A stretch of DNA of 64,000 nt from Diplonema japonicum (taxonomy: Eukaryota; Protista; Euglenozoa: Diplonemea), in contig OZ025680.1 in the NCBI GenBank assembly GCA_964019335.1, positions 434,001-498,000 of the forward strand, read 5' to 3'. Under the pieces are notes generated by a model, which made no database searches, was not told where the DNA came from, and saw nothing but the letters and a program-made list of their open reading frames with translations. The position numbers and the translations under genes were made by a program. Positions 12,030 through 23,743 of the stretch are shown here, piece by piece. Position 1 is the first letter of the stretch. Every line of letters begins with the position of its first letter.

Positions 12030-12517
12030 ACAAAATGAAATCTCTCTTTAAAACAATGTTTTCCAAGGATGCTGTTCTTGTGTTCACACACCTTTGTAAA
12101 AAAAGGCGGGAGGGGGGGAAATTACGTTATTCGGATTTTTCTTCTGATAATTACAGCGATTTTATGCCAGTCTCACTTCGTTTCTTTGACAAATTTGTGA
12201 ACTGGCATCAAGAGGCTGGTAACGATTCTTTCTTTTTTTAGACAGTGAACACCGCATGCTGAAGCTTTAGCAATTTTTTTCTTCTTTCTTGCTTGGTCCC
12301 TTTCCGTTATTCTTTTTTGTTCCATCTTTCGTTTCATCTTTTCTGGGGGGGGGGGGATTCACGTCCGATACGTCGGCTATTAATACACCAAAGTCTGCTT
12401 TATTACAAATGCTACCCCCCCCCCCCCCCCCCCCCCCCTCCACTTCCCCCCTTCGGCATTCCTGATTCTTATCGTCCCATTCTTCGCTACACCGTCTCCA
12501 GGGATTATCAAAGCAAA

Positions 12518-15314
12518 ATGGTGAACTTTACCGTCAGTGAGGTCCGTGCTATCATGGAATACCCCACGCAGATCCGTAACATGTATGTAACACCAAAACC
12601 ACAACACGCACTGCAGGTCTGTGATTGCTCACGTCGATCACGGCAAGTCGACTCTGACTGACTCCCTTGTTGCTGCCGCTGGTATCATTGCCATGGCGAA
12701 GGCTGGTGACGCCCGTCTGACCGACACTCGTGCTGACGAGCAGGTATACCAAACCAGCTCACACAACACACAAACAGGAGCGTTGCATCACCATCAAGTC
12801 GACCTCCATCTCGCTGTACTACAACGTCGAGGAGAGGCTTGTGAACAACGAGCAGCTCAAGGCCCTCACCGGCGGTGACAAGAGGGACTTCCTGATCAAC
12901 CTGATCGACTCCCCGGGGCACGTTGACTTCTCCTCTGAGGTGACCGCCGCCCTCCGTGTGACCGACGGTGCCCTTGTCGTTGTTGACTGCGTTGAGGGTG
13001 TGTGCGTCCAGACCGAGACTGTGCTCCGTCAGGCCCTCTCTGAGAGGATCAAGCCTGTCGTCATGGTTAACAAGGTCGACCGTGCGCTCCTTGAGCTCCA
13101 GCTTGACCCCGAGGAGGCCTACCAGTCCTTCTTCAGGACCATCCAGACCGTGAACGTCGTCATCGCCACCTACAACGACGAGCACCTGGGTGACGTGCAG
13201 GTGTACCCCGAGGCCGGTACCGTCGGGTTCGGGTCCGGTCTCCACTCGTGGGCCTTCACCCTGAACAAGTTCGCCAAGATGTACGCGGTGAAGTTCGGGA
13301 TTGACGAGGACAAGATGGTGAAGAGGTTGTGGGGTGACTCCTACTTCGACGGGAAGAGGAAGAAGTGGACCTCGGAGCCCGTTCCGGGTGGCCAGAGGGC
13401 CTTCTGCCAGTTCTGCATGGAGCCGATCAAGAACTTGTTCGACGCCGTCATGAACGAGAAGAAGGACAAGATGGAGAAGATGATGAAGGCCCTTAACATC
13501 ACCCTCAAGGGTGACGAGAAGGATCTCACTCAGAAGAGGCTTCTGAAGTGCATCATGCAGAAGTTCCTGCCCGCCTCGGACGCTCTTCTTCAGATGATTG
13601 TCACCAAGCTTCCCTCGCCGAAGCAGGCTCAGGCCTACAGGGCTGACCAGCTGTACATGGGTGTGACCGAGCAGGAGGATGGTACCCTTCTCCCCAACAA
13701 CGACAAGTACTTCCAGGGGCTGAAGAACTGCGACCCCGCTGGTCCCCTTCTCATGTACATCTCCAAGATGGTTCCCGCGGCTGACAAGGGTAGGTTCATT
13801 GCCTTCGGTCGTGTGTTCTCTGGTAAGGTGAGGCAGGGTCAGAAGGCCAGGATCATGGGGCCCAACTACGAGTACGGCACCAAGAAGGACATGTCCATCA
13901 AGAACATCCAGCGTACCGTGCTCATGATGGGCCGTTACCAGGAGGCTGTTGAGGACATTCCCTGCGGTAACGTTGTTGGTCTTGTCGGTATGAAAACACC
14001 TCAGAATACAATATGATGATCACAACAGGTGTTGACAACTTCATCGTGAAGACCGCCACCATCACTGACGAGAACTGCTCTGACTGCTACCCGCTCCGTG
14101 ACATGAAGTACAGTGTGTCGCCCGTCGTGCGTGTGGCCGTTGAGTGCGCGTCGCCCGCTGACCTGCCCAAGCTGGTTGAGGGTCTTAAGCGTCTTTCTAA
14201 GTATGTTTAAAAAACGTAGTGTAGTACAACTCAAAGGTCCGACCCTCTTGTGCAGTGCTCCATCGAGGAGTCGGGTGAGCACATCATCGCCGGTGCTGGT
14301 GAGCTTCACTTGGAGATTTGCCTGAAGGATCTTCAGGAGGACTACATGGCGGGTGCCAAGTTGAAGATCTCTGAGCCCGTTGTGTCTTTCCGTGAGACCA
14401 TCACCGATACGTCTGACCGTCAGTGCCTGTCGAAGTCGCCCAACAAGCACAACAGGATCTTCGCCAGGGGTGCTCCCCTCGGTGACGAGCTGTGCCTGCA
14501 CATTGACGACAAGGACAAGAACGTCCACGCTGAGGCTGATGTCAAGATCAGGGCCCGTGTGCTCGCCGACGAGTTCGAGTGGGACGTCGCTGAGGCCAGA
14601 AAGATCTGGTGCTTCGGTCCCGACGGTGCTGGTCCCAACATGGTTGTTGACGTCACCAAGGGTGTACAGAACATGAACGAGGTGAAGGACTCCTTCGTGG
14701 CTGCCTGGAACTGGGCCACCAAGGAGGGTGTAATGTGCGAGGAGACCATGCGTGGTATCAGGATCAACATCGAGGACATGACCATGCACGCTGACGCTAT
14801 CCACAGAGGTGGTGGTCAGGTCATCCCCACTGCTCGTCGTAACTACTACGCGTGCTGCTTGACCGCTAAGCCCGGTCTCATGGAGCCCATCTTCTTGGTG
14901 GACATCCAGACCGTCGAGCACGCCATGGGTGGCATCTACGGTGTCCTCAACAAGAGGAGAGGTATCATGCTTGGTGAGGAGAACAGGCCCGGAACACCTA
15001 TCTACAACGTATGCAACTGTACATTACCAAATTTATAATAATAGGTCCGTGCCTACCTCCCCGTCTCTGAGTCCTTCGGGTTCACCGCTGACCTCAGGTC
15101 CCACACTGGTGGCCAGGTATGTTCATAGTGAAGCAGCCATATGGTACCACAATCACAGGCGTTCCCCCAGTGCGTGTTTGACCACTGGGCCTCGTTCCCT
15201 GGTAACCCGCTTGAACCTGGTAACCTTGCCTCCGACCTTGTCACCAAGACCCGTGTCAGGAAGGGTCTCAAGCCCGAGATCCCGGGCCTGGACAACTTCT
15301 ACGACAAGTTGTAA
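12518..15314 (+). CDS. EEF2: Translation elongation factor 2. Introns 12583-12616, 12744-12777, 13988-14028, 14201-14236, 15009-15044, 15117-15158
   Basis: [29 protein letters not shown], diphthamide loop [12 protein letters not shown]-terminal YDKL. Removing six GT-AG introns restores the conserved frame. Confidence 0.97.
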
Positions 15315-15634
15315 GCGCACATGCGCACACCACGTACTGCTCCTCCCTGTTTTCATTCTTTTTTGCACACTCACTTTTTTCTCCCCCTACTTTTTTCCCC
15401 TTCCCTTTTTTTGCTTTGCCTCCCCTTTTTACCCATTTTTTTGACTTACTCCCCCCCCTTTTTTTTACCACACGACAATCACCGGGAAACCACAAACCGC
15501 CACCCATGGTTCCAGCCCTATTAACCCAACCCACAGCTCCAAATAAAATAAAAAAAAGGACCTTTTTTTATATCCTTTTTTATATCCCCCCCCCCCCTTG
15601 AAGCTGCCTCTTTCTTCACACACTCGCAGGCGAC

Positions 15635-17182
15635 ATGGAGGAAGATGCCAAGGACCTGTACGACAAAATGGGGGAGGTGAACGACCCCTTCAAGGATGCG
15701 TCACTGAATGACCCCTTTGGTGTGGACGACATTGTCGGGAAGGATGACTACAAGGCGCAGGACTCGGGACGAAACAGCGAAGTAGAGGAAGACGAGCTCA
15801 TGGATTATATTGAGGGCATCCTCTCGGGCAGGGGTGGGGAGTACGAGAGGAGGCTTGGTGTAAAGGAAGGTGAGGACCCGCTAGCCAATTTCCACCCCCC
15901 AAAAGGAGGCTATCGACGCACGAAGCCAGAGGAGTCAGACGGCAGCGACTCAGACACTGAAAAGGCAGCGAAGCAAGCAAAGAAGCACTCCAGTGACAAA
16001 GCCGGTGAGAGAAGCTCTATCGGCGGTGCTGCTGGCGGAGCGGCCCTAACAGGCGGAGCAGCCCTCAGTGGAAATGTCAACGGTCCCTACGGCGGTGCTG
16101 TCGACGGCGATGACCCTTCCGCCACCCCATATGGTGGTCTCCAAGACGGCGATGACCCTTCCGCCATCCCATACGGAGGTCACCAAGACGGCGATAACCC
16201 TTCCGCTCAACCATATGGCGGCGACAAAGACGGTGACGAAGTAAACGAGCCCTACGGCATGGACGTCAGGGATGGGCCTGTTGGTGGACCCAGATCAGGG
16301 AGGGGTGCCAATGGCAATCCCGGCGAACAAAGAGGGCGGAATGGACAAAACAAGGAAAATGCCGCAGAAAGGGACCCTAACCTATACGACGAGGGGTACC
16401 TGTACGACCCCGATACGGACCCCTTCGCCGACCACGGCAACAAGCCCCCCGTCCCCAAGCAAGGCCAGAAGACATCATCGGACCCATACGGGCTGGACAT
16501 GGACGACCTGGGCGACTACAATGACCCTATGGCAGGGATGGTCCGCCCGGGTATGCCAAAGCGGAGGACGAAGTTTGGTGAAGAAGACGATGTGTGTGAA
16601 TACCAAGTCGGGCAGCCGACGGGCAGCAAGATGTACGGGAGGTGCTACGGGACAAGACACGAGGCGGGGGACATCAAGATCATGGTGGATGTTGAAGGGA
16701 TGGCGAACAAGAAGGCCTTCTTCATCGACTCAATGACACGGTTCAACGGCTTCAAGAAAGCGGTGGAGAAGAAGGTAGGGAAGCTGCACGCATTGTGCTA
16801 CAAGGAGGAAGGCATCAGGGAGCTGGTTGAGGTCGATGATGACGAGACGCTTCTGCTGTTCATCGAAAGGGGTGGGAAGCTGGTCCTCATTGCGCTGAAA
16901 AAAGCACCTAAATACTCTGGAGACCTACCTGCGTGGACTGTCCATGACTGCCATGTGCAATATGCTGGGTCTGCACGACCCTTACCTCCTGTGGACACAA
17001 GGCCCGCACCGCATACAATACGTGCGCCAGCACTGCTTGCATTCTCTAATGGCCTTGAGCCCCCCCCTGCCCATGCATCCCATGGTCCCTCGTGCAACCA
17101 TTGCGGTGCTGACACTACACGTTCCTTCCTGGGAGGCTTTGGGTCGATGATGAGTATCAACGGTGCAAAAATCCGTGTGTAG
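15635..17182 (+). CDS. Acidic low-complexity protein with PYGG repeats and a putative PB1 domain
   Basis: 515-aa ORF. IKIMVD...FKKAVEKK...LCYKEEGIRELVEVDDDETLLLFIE resembles a PB1 domain with an OPCA-like acidic motif. Confidence 0.7.
   Translation: MEEDAKDLYDKMGEVNDPFKDASLNDPFGVDDIVGKDDYKAQDSGRNSEVEEDELMDYIEGILSGRGGEYERRLGVKEGEDPLANFHPPKGGYRRTKPEESDGSDSDTEKAAKQAKKHSSDKAGERSSIGGAAGGAALTGGAALSGNVNGPYGGAVDGDDPSATPYGGLQDGDDPSAIPYGGHQDGDNPSAQPYGGDKDGDEVNEPYGMDVRDGPVGGPRSGRGANGNPGEQRGRNGQNKENAAERDPNLYDEGYLYDPDTDPFADHGNKPPVPKQGQKTSSDPYGLDMDDLGDYNDPMAGMVRPGMPKRRTKFGEEDDVCEYQVGQPTGSKMYGRCYGTRHEAGDIKIMVDVEGMANKKAFFIDSMTRFNGFKKAVEKKVGKLHALCYKEEGIRELVEVDDDETLLLFIERGGKLVLIALKKAPKYSGDLPAWTVHDCHVQYAGSARPLPPVDTRPAPHTIRAPALLAFSNGLEPPPAHASHGPSCNHCGADTTRSFLGGFGSMMSINGAKIRV
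16085..16258 (+). repeat. ~42-nt coding tandem repeat, about 4 units (PYGGxxDGDDPSAx)
   Basis: gacggcgatgacccttccgcc recurs with 42-nt period. Confidence 0.85.
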
Positions 17183-18434
17183 AAAGGCGAACAAAAAAAG
17201 AAAATACAAATTTCCCTTTGAAAATCTTTTAGGGGCAATTCACTTATGACCCAAAAAAAAAGTTTCGAAATTCATTTGGTTTCTTTTTTTGGAGGCTGCC
17301 CTCAAGTGAGATTAGAGCACGCTTGGCAAAATACAAGGCCAATGGTGCACACCGTACAGTACCTGGATGAATTATAGGGAAATTATCAGGAAAAAACCTA
17401 TTTTTGGGTACTAAGTGAATTACTCCCTTATTTTTATAATCCTTCATTATTGTCACGACGGGTTGCCGGACTGTCCCCGTTATTCCCCCCCCCTTTTTTT
17501 TTCTCTCCCTCTCCTTCTACTCCACACACTGCGGTGTGGGGCTTGCCGCAGACAACTAAACAAAAAAGGGGGGGTAACATAAAAGGTAGGGAATTGTTCC
17601 ATCTTTGCACGGTCGTTTTTTTTTTTTTCATCCCCCCATCTGTGCTCTCCCTTTCCCCTGTAGAAGCGGTGGTGGATTATTTTTTTCTTTTTTTCCATAC
17701 CCCCTCCCCTTCTTCTAGGGGCCTGCAGCTCTCGCGAGGAGTTTGCATGTGACATCGACTTTTTTTTTGCTTTCATTGACAGACCTAGTTTTTTTGAGTT
17801 GGAAGGGGAAGAACTTGAATAAGCACACACACCCACACGCGAATGAATAGAAGAAGAAAAGAAGAACGAAAAAAAAAAAGAGGAAAGTTCGGGAGGTCGC
17901 CCAAGATTAATGCAACAAAATTCCTCACGTTATCTAAGGGAACCCCTATCTAAGCTTTCAGGCTTTGCATCACAGTAGATTTACGTGGAACCTTTGGTGG
18001 TGCACAGCACAGAAAAGAAAAAGAAGAGGAGCATAAGAAAAGGAAAAATAAAGGAAAGATATTAATCTGGTGCAGTAACTTTGTGATATCCCCTCTCCCC
18101 CCCATTCTGTCCTGTTCTAAATAAAACTTGAAAATAAGTAAAAGGAGGGTTTTTTCTTACCCGCCTTTTGTTTTTTTTTTTTTTTTTTTTTTGTGGCAGG
18201 CTTACCTTATCTTCGTTATAAAGAAGTTACGCGCCGATGTCGCGAGGAGGGGGATAAAAATAAAATATTATTTCTTCTATAAAAAAAAAAGATGGTGAGA
18301 AAATTTTCTTCTTGTGTTTCTATACAGTTCCGGTTCTTTTTATTATTATTGTTGTCTTCGTTTGATTAAAAGAAAAAAAAAAGAAAAAAAAAAACCCAGA
18401 TCAGGAGCGCAAGGGCTCCCCCTGTGGAACTACA

Positions 18435-18710
18435 ATGTCAGGCAAGAGAGAAGGACAAGACCTGCAGCGCATTCTGGGAACGAAGGGGAAGGAAGATCTT
18501 CTTGAGCACCTTGAAGTGAGGCTGCAACACACTGAGTGGGAACAGAATGTGGAGGATCTTGTGAACAAACTGATCGAAGATAGATTAAAGGAAGGGAAAC
18601 CATTAATAGTGGAAGAGCTAGTAGGTCATGTGGGGGCAGTAGCCAAGGGCAGCATCCCTGAGGGTGTCAGGGTGGAAATGTGCAAAGAAATAGAGGATAC
18701 AATGCGGTAG
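18435..18710 (+). CDS. ENY2: ENY2/Sus1-like subunit (SAGA DUB module / TREX-2)
   Basis: 91 aa. LLEHLEVRL..TEW...V.DL...LI.....VEELV..V...AKGSIPEGVRVEM..EI matches the EnY2 pattern. Confidence 0.75.
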   Translation: MSGKREGQDLQRILGTKGKEDLLEHLEVRLQHTEWEQNVEDLVNKLIEDRLKEGKPLIVEELVGHVGAVAKGSIPEGVRVEMCKEIEDTMR

Positions 18711-18823
18711 TTGTTTGTTGTTATTCCCTTTTCCACCTAGTTTACAACAAACCCACCGAACTCACTGTGACGGAAAAATAAAATAAAAAAAGGAAAAAAA
18801 AGAAAAAAAAAAACTAAACCAAA

Positions 18824-19992
18824 ATGGCCGACGAGGATGCCCAGGCGATTGTGTGCGACAACGGGTCCGGAATGGTGAAGGCGGGTTTCGCGGGTGATGA
18901 CGCTCCCAGGTCCGTCTTCCCCTCCATTGTTGGTAGGCCCAAGACGGCCGCCGCCATGATGGGTACCGCGAAGAAGGAGGCATACATTGGTGACGATGCC
19001 CAGTCGAAGAGGGGGATCCTCCTCATCAAGTACCCCATCGAGCACGGTATCATCACCAACTGGGATGACATGGAGAAGATCTGGCACCACACCTTCTTCA
19101 ACGAGCTCCGTGTGGCCCCCGAGGACCACCCCGTGCTCCTCACCGAGGCCCCCATGAACCCCAAGGCGAACAGGGAGAAGATGACCCAGATCATGTTCGA
19201 GACCTTCAACAGCCCTGCCATGTACGTTGGTATCCAGGCTGTGCTCTCCCTCTACTCCAGCGGTCGTACCACCGGTATCGTTCTTGACTCCGGTGACGGT
19301 GTGACCCACACTGTCCCCATCTACGAGGGGTACTCCCTTCCCCACGCTGTGCTGCGTATCGACATGGCGGGCAGAGACATGACCGACTGGATGATCAAGC
19401 TCCTCACCGAGCGTGGTAACAGCTTCGTGACCTCCGCCGAGAGGGAGATCGTCCGTGACATCAAGGAGAAGCTCGCCTACGTTGCCTTGGTATGCTTCTT
19501 GTTTTGTTTATTTCTAACGCATTTCAGGACTTCGACGAGGAGATGTCCCTCGCCTCCTCGTCCTCTTCGCTTGAGAAGGACTACGAGCTCCCCGACGGTC
19601 AGGTGATCACCGTGGGGTCCGAGAGGTTCAGGTGCCCCGAGGCCCTGTTCAAGCCCGCCTTCATCGGTCTCGAGGCCAACGGCATCCACGAGACTGTGTA
19701 CAACAGCATCATGAAGTGCGATATCGATGTGAGGAAAGACCTGTACGCCAACATCGTGCTCTCGGGTGGTACCACCATGTACGAGGGCCTTGCCGACCGT
19801 CTGTCGAAGGAGGTGACCAACCTGGCCCCCAACAGCATGAAGATCAAGGTCGTTGCGCCCCCCGAGAGGAAGTACTCCGTCTGGATCGGTGGATCCATCC
19901 TCTCCTCGCTCTCCACCTTCGCCTCCATGTGGGTCAAGAAGGAGGAGTACGACGAGTCCGGCCCCGGCATTGTCCACAAGAAGTGCTTCTAG
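18824..19992 (+). CDS. ACT: Actin, one intron 19490-19527
   Basis: [35 protein letters not shown]. The 38-nt GTATG...CTAAC...CAG intron restores YVAL|DFDEEM. Confidence 0.98.
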
Positions 19993-20011
19993 AAAGCTAC
20001 TTCAGAAGGGA

Positions 20012-20062
<51 letters not shown>

Positions 20063-20674
20063 TCCTCTTTTTTTTTTCGAAAAGAGTGCTTCCCCCCCCC
20101 CTTTTCCATACAAAACATTTTTTTTTTTCTCTCTTTCCCAGATTTTTTTTTCTCCCTCTCACTTTTTTTTTTCCTTCCCCCATTCTTTCCAACCCGCCTC
20201 CGAAAAAAAAACCCCATTTTTTTTATGATTTCTTTTGTTGCTTTTCTTGCATTCTTTAAAAAAAAAAAAAAAAAAAAAATGACGCAATAGGTAACTATAG
20301 AAATAAAAAGAACAATGTGCGGCGGAGAAATCTACATGGTGTCGGGGGTGCGAGTTGCCACTACATCTGCAATTGAAGCCACAAGGCTGTGTGATCAAGG
20401 GATGCCTCAATGTTGTGGGCTGGTGGTGTGTCAGTGTAACTCCCCGAGCATGGCATGCAGTGAATTTAGTAACAGAGCATAAGGGGCAAGAAATCTTCAG
20501 TCTTACATTCAGGAGGGGCGAGGCTGTACGCCTCTCGTGTGGGGCGTGTGTTCGTTTTGGGAAAAAAAAAAAGAAAAAAAATAAAAAATACAGGGTGCTT
20601 TCTTTTGTTGTCATGATTGTATATGTGTGTGTTCCATATATTTTTTTTCTTTCTTACCGGATTTGTATTTATAT

Positions 20675-22110
20675 TGTTCAGCTTTAATAATGGTCTGGGG
20701 ATTTAGTGTACTGTATAAAGTATGTACCTTTTTCGGATTTTGGACCCAACTTGGGACTTTTTTACAGAACAATACAAAAGATTATTTTTTATTATTTTTG
20801 GCTTGATCCCCCCCCCCCCCCCCCCCCCCAGGACAGACCCCACTAAAATCAAAGTCACGTTTTCCTACTTATTTACCACCTTAAAGCAGTTCCAACATAA
20901 ATAATCATTTAAAAAAATCCAACCCTATACCCTGAATAAAAAACATGTCGCTCCATGGCTTCTTGACTGCCCGTGACCGGTACGCGCCCATTGCAGGGGC
21001 TTCAACAGGCCTCTCCCCCCCAGCCGCCAGGCAGGCAGTGGAGGAAGAGATGTCCCGCTTGGAGGAACCCCAGCCTGCCCAGAAGAACAAGAAGTGGACC
21101 GAGGCAGAGAAGGAGGAGCTGGGTGAACTGGTCCGGCAATTCGGCCTTTCAGCCGGAACGCGGAAATGGAACGAGAAGCACCCCAACAAGACTGCCTCGA
21201 AGGTTGCTGACCGGGCGAAACAGGACGTCATAGCTAAGCTATGCAAGCGATCCCGCGAGATTGCCCATGGTGGGGGTGGGGAGGAAGAACCTGCAGATTA
21301 TGCGTCCTTTTATTCTTGCCTGAAGTGTCGAGGTTTACCGCAAGCTAACAGAAACCACAATCCGGGCCAGGGTTCGCTTACCTTTTTAACGATCTCCCAC
21401 CCGGGTCTGCAACCGTGCCCCCCACTGAGGACGTTCCTGCGCCCTCGCCTGCCCTCCGCTCCCGCCTTCCGAGGTCGGGCTGGTTCGAGAAGTGGTGGAT
21501 GCAGATGCAGGAGTTGACCCGATGGAGATTGATCCATTGGGGCCATTGGGACTGTCAGTCAACCCAGAACCAGCACCCGAAGACCCGGACATTGAGATCA
21601 ATGAGATGTTCAGCAGGCTGGGCATCGACATTTCTGATGCACCTTCTTCTGACGAAGAAGCAGAAGAAGAAGAAATGCCTAACCAAGAAGCCTCAGCCCC
21701 AAGCCAAGCAGCGGCACCAAGCCAGGTGACCCCAAGCCAACGAACGAACAACGTGATGAGGGTGCCCTGCCCCAACTGCAGCGCAACCCTCAAGCAGGTT
21801 AGAAAGGAGACCAGTGTGGGAATGCTCTGGTGAGCATGACATGAGCACCCGCGGGAGGGTCGCCCGTCCTGCGACTATGTGGTGTGCTTTACGTGCAGGA
21901 CTGGGCAATAGTGAACTAGAATTGCGGTAATACCACCCCCTCCCCGGCTGGGGGGTATTTTGTTTTTGTCTTGGGATTTTTTATTTTTAGAGATATTTTC
22001 TGGGATTTTTTTTTATTTTTGTAATTTTTATGTTCTGTCTTAATGGTGTTCTGTAAATATTATGTACCTTTTTCGAATTTTTTGCCCAATTTGGGACTTT
22101 TCACATAACA
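20675..22110 (+). mobile_element. Putative non-autonomous element bounded by short imperfect direct repeats (20675-20771 and 22031-22110)
   Basis: Both repeats start TGTTC, end AACA and share TATGTACCTTTTTCG.ATTTT...CCCAA.TTGGGACTTTT. ATAT flanks both outer ends. Confidence 0.45.
20945..21911 (+). pseudogene. Frameshifted Myb/SANT-like plus Cys-rich zinc-finger ORF
   Basis: KKWTEAEKEELGELVRQFG...KWNEKHPNKT is Myb-like. CLKC..H, CPNC and CDYVVCFTC are spread over different frames. Confidence 0.55.
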
Positions 22111-22485
22111 ATATAAGTACAAATCCGGTATCTATAATTGAAAGGGAGAGAATATCTCTGTGTTCCCTCCCCACGCTGATTCCGCGCTGCCCTGACTGAG
22201 TGTGGAAACCTTTCTTTTCTTTTTTTTCTTTTCCATTCATGCTGAAAAGGAATGCCTGTTGTAATAATCAAGGGCCTCCGTTATGAGTTACTTTTTTTTT
22301 AATTGCAGGTCCTTTACCCTTCTTTTTCCCCCCCCCTTTTTTTTCTCTTCAGGAAATAAATACAATTTCTGAGCAGTAGTTTGGAGTATCAGCGCACGGA
22401 CTTTTCTTTTTTTTTTTTTGGGTTGTGTGTGATTTTTTCACCCCCGTCGTTTTTTTCCAGCAATAAGAATAAAAAATATGATTTT

Positions 22486-22570
22486 ATGCAACTCATGCCG
22501 AGCAGCAACAAAAAAAAAAAAAAGAGAAGTAAATGACTTCTAGCAACTATTTATTTTTCCTGCTCGTGCG
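22486..22570 (+). repeat. Dispersed bipartite intergenic repeat, copy 1 (degenerate)
   Basis: ATGCAACTCATGCCGAGCA (22486-22504) ... TGCTCGTGCG (22561-22570). Confidence 0.6.
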
Positions 22571-22792
22571 GACTGAGACATAAGTCATAAAAGAAGAAAG
22601 CAAAAAAAAAAGAAGAAAAAATGTGTTCCCTCCTTCTATTTCTCTGTGCATGCCTATACAATATCCGACTTTTTGTTTTTTTAGGAAGAAGCAGAGAAAT
22701 AAGAAAACCGAAGAAATAAATATTATAAAAAAAAAGGAGTGGCTATAAATAAAAATAAAACAATTAATAAATTCAAATTTAACTACATACCA

Positions 22793-22843
<51 letters not shown>

Positions 22844-23743
22844 AATGTAGCGCAATGGACCCTTCCAAAATGTGAACACAGAGAAACCTTATTAGTTTGC
22901 ATCCCTTCTCTATCTTCTCACTTGCTTTTTTTTTTCTTACGCACTAAGTCCGCAGTCTCTAAGGGACGTTAGAGGAAGGGAAGCGTTTGTTCTGTCCCCC
23001 CCCCCCCCCCCCCCGGAGAATTTTTGAGACAATCATTCCTTTTTTCCTCACACCCCCTCTGCTTAGAGCTCGCCATTTTATGCGGACCTAGCTCCCATGT
23101 TAGGCTCATCTTTTAAGGGAAAAAAAAAAGAAATAAGAAAAAAAAAAAAAACAAAGATAGAAACGAAGCTACAACTTGAGCTTGGCAATGTTGGGGGTTG
23201 TTTGTCCCTATTTATTTTTACCCCCCTTTTTTGCGGGAATTCGGCCCACCGGGGTTGATACCTCTCCCTTCCCCTTCCCCTCCCGCACCCTACTTTGTTA
23301 TGTTATGTTGATAGGAAGAAGGAAAAAGAGGGAACAGAAAGTCGTAAAACTAATGATAATAATTAAACCCCCCCGCCTGTTGACACTGGGCAACAATAGC
23401 TGGTCGGGCTTTTTTTTTTTTTTTTTTTTCTCTTTTCCGGAAAAAAAAAAAAAAAAAAAAAAAAAAGGTGACAGTGCTGTTTTAACGGTAAACTCCAGAC
23501 GTTGGTAGCCCCACGCCTTGGCCTTGGAAACTTCTCCTATAAGTTGGTTCAAAAAACTCTTTTTGGCCAACGGGCCCAGGCTGTGGCTGTCACATTTCAT
23601 CGCTGTCGCATAAGATTTACGGTAACTTCAGCCCTTAAATTTTTTTTCATTCTTTCTCCCCTCCCCCACCCCTTCTTCCTTTCCTTTACCCTCTTTTGCT
23701 GGTTCGTATCGTAACGCTTCTCCCTTCAGGTGCCTAACGCAAA

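Noticed and set aside
12685-14921. Long minus-strand ORFs opposite EF2, and likewise opposite actin, kinesin and SKP1
   Set aside because: Antisense shadows caused by strong codon bias; no independent motifs.
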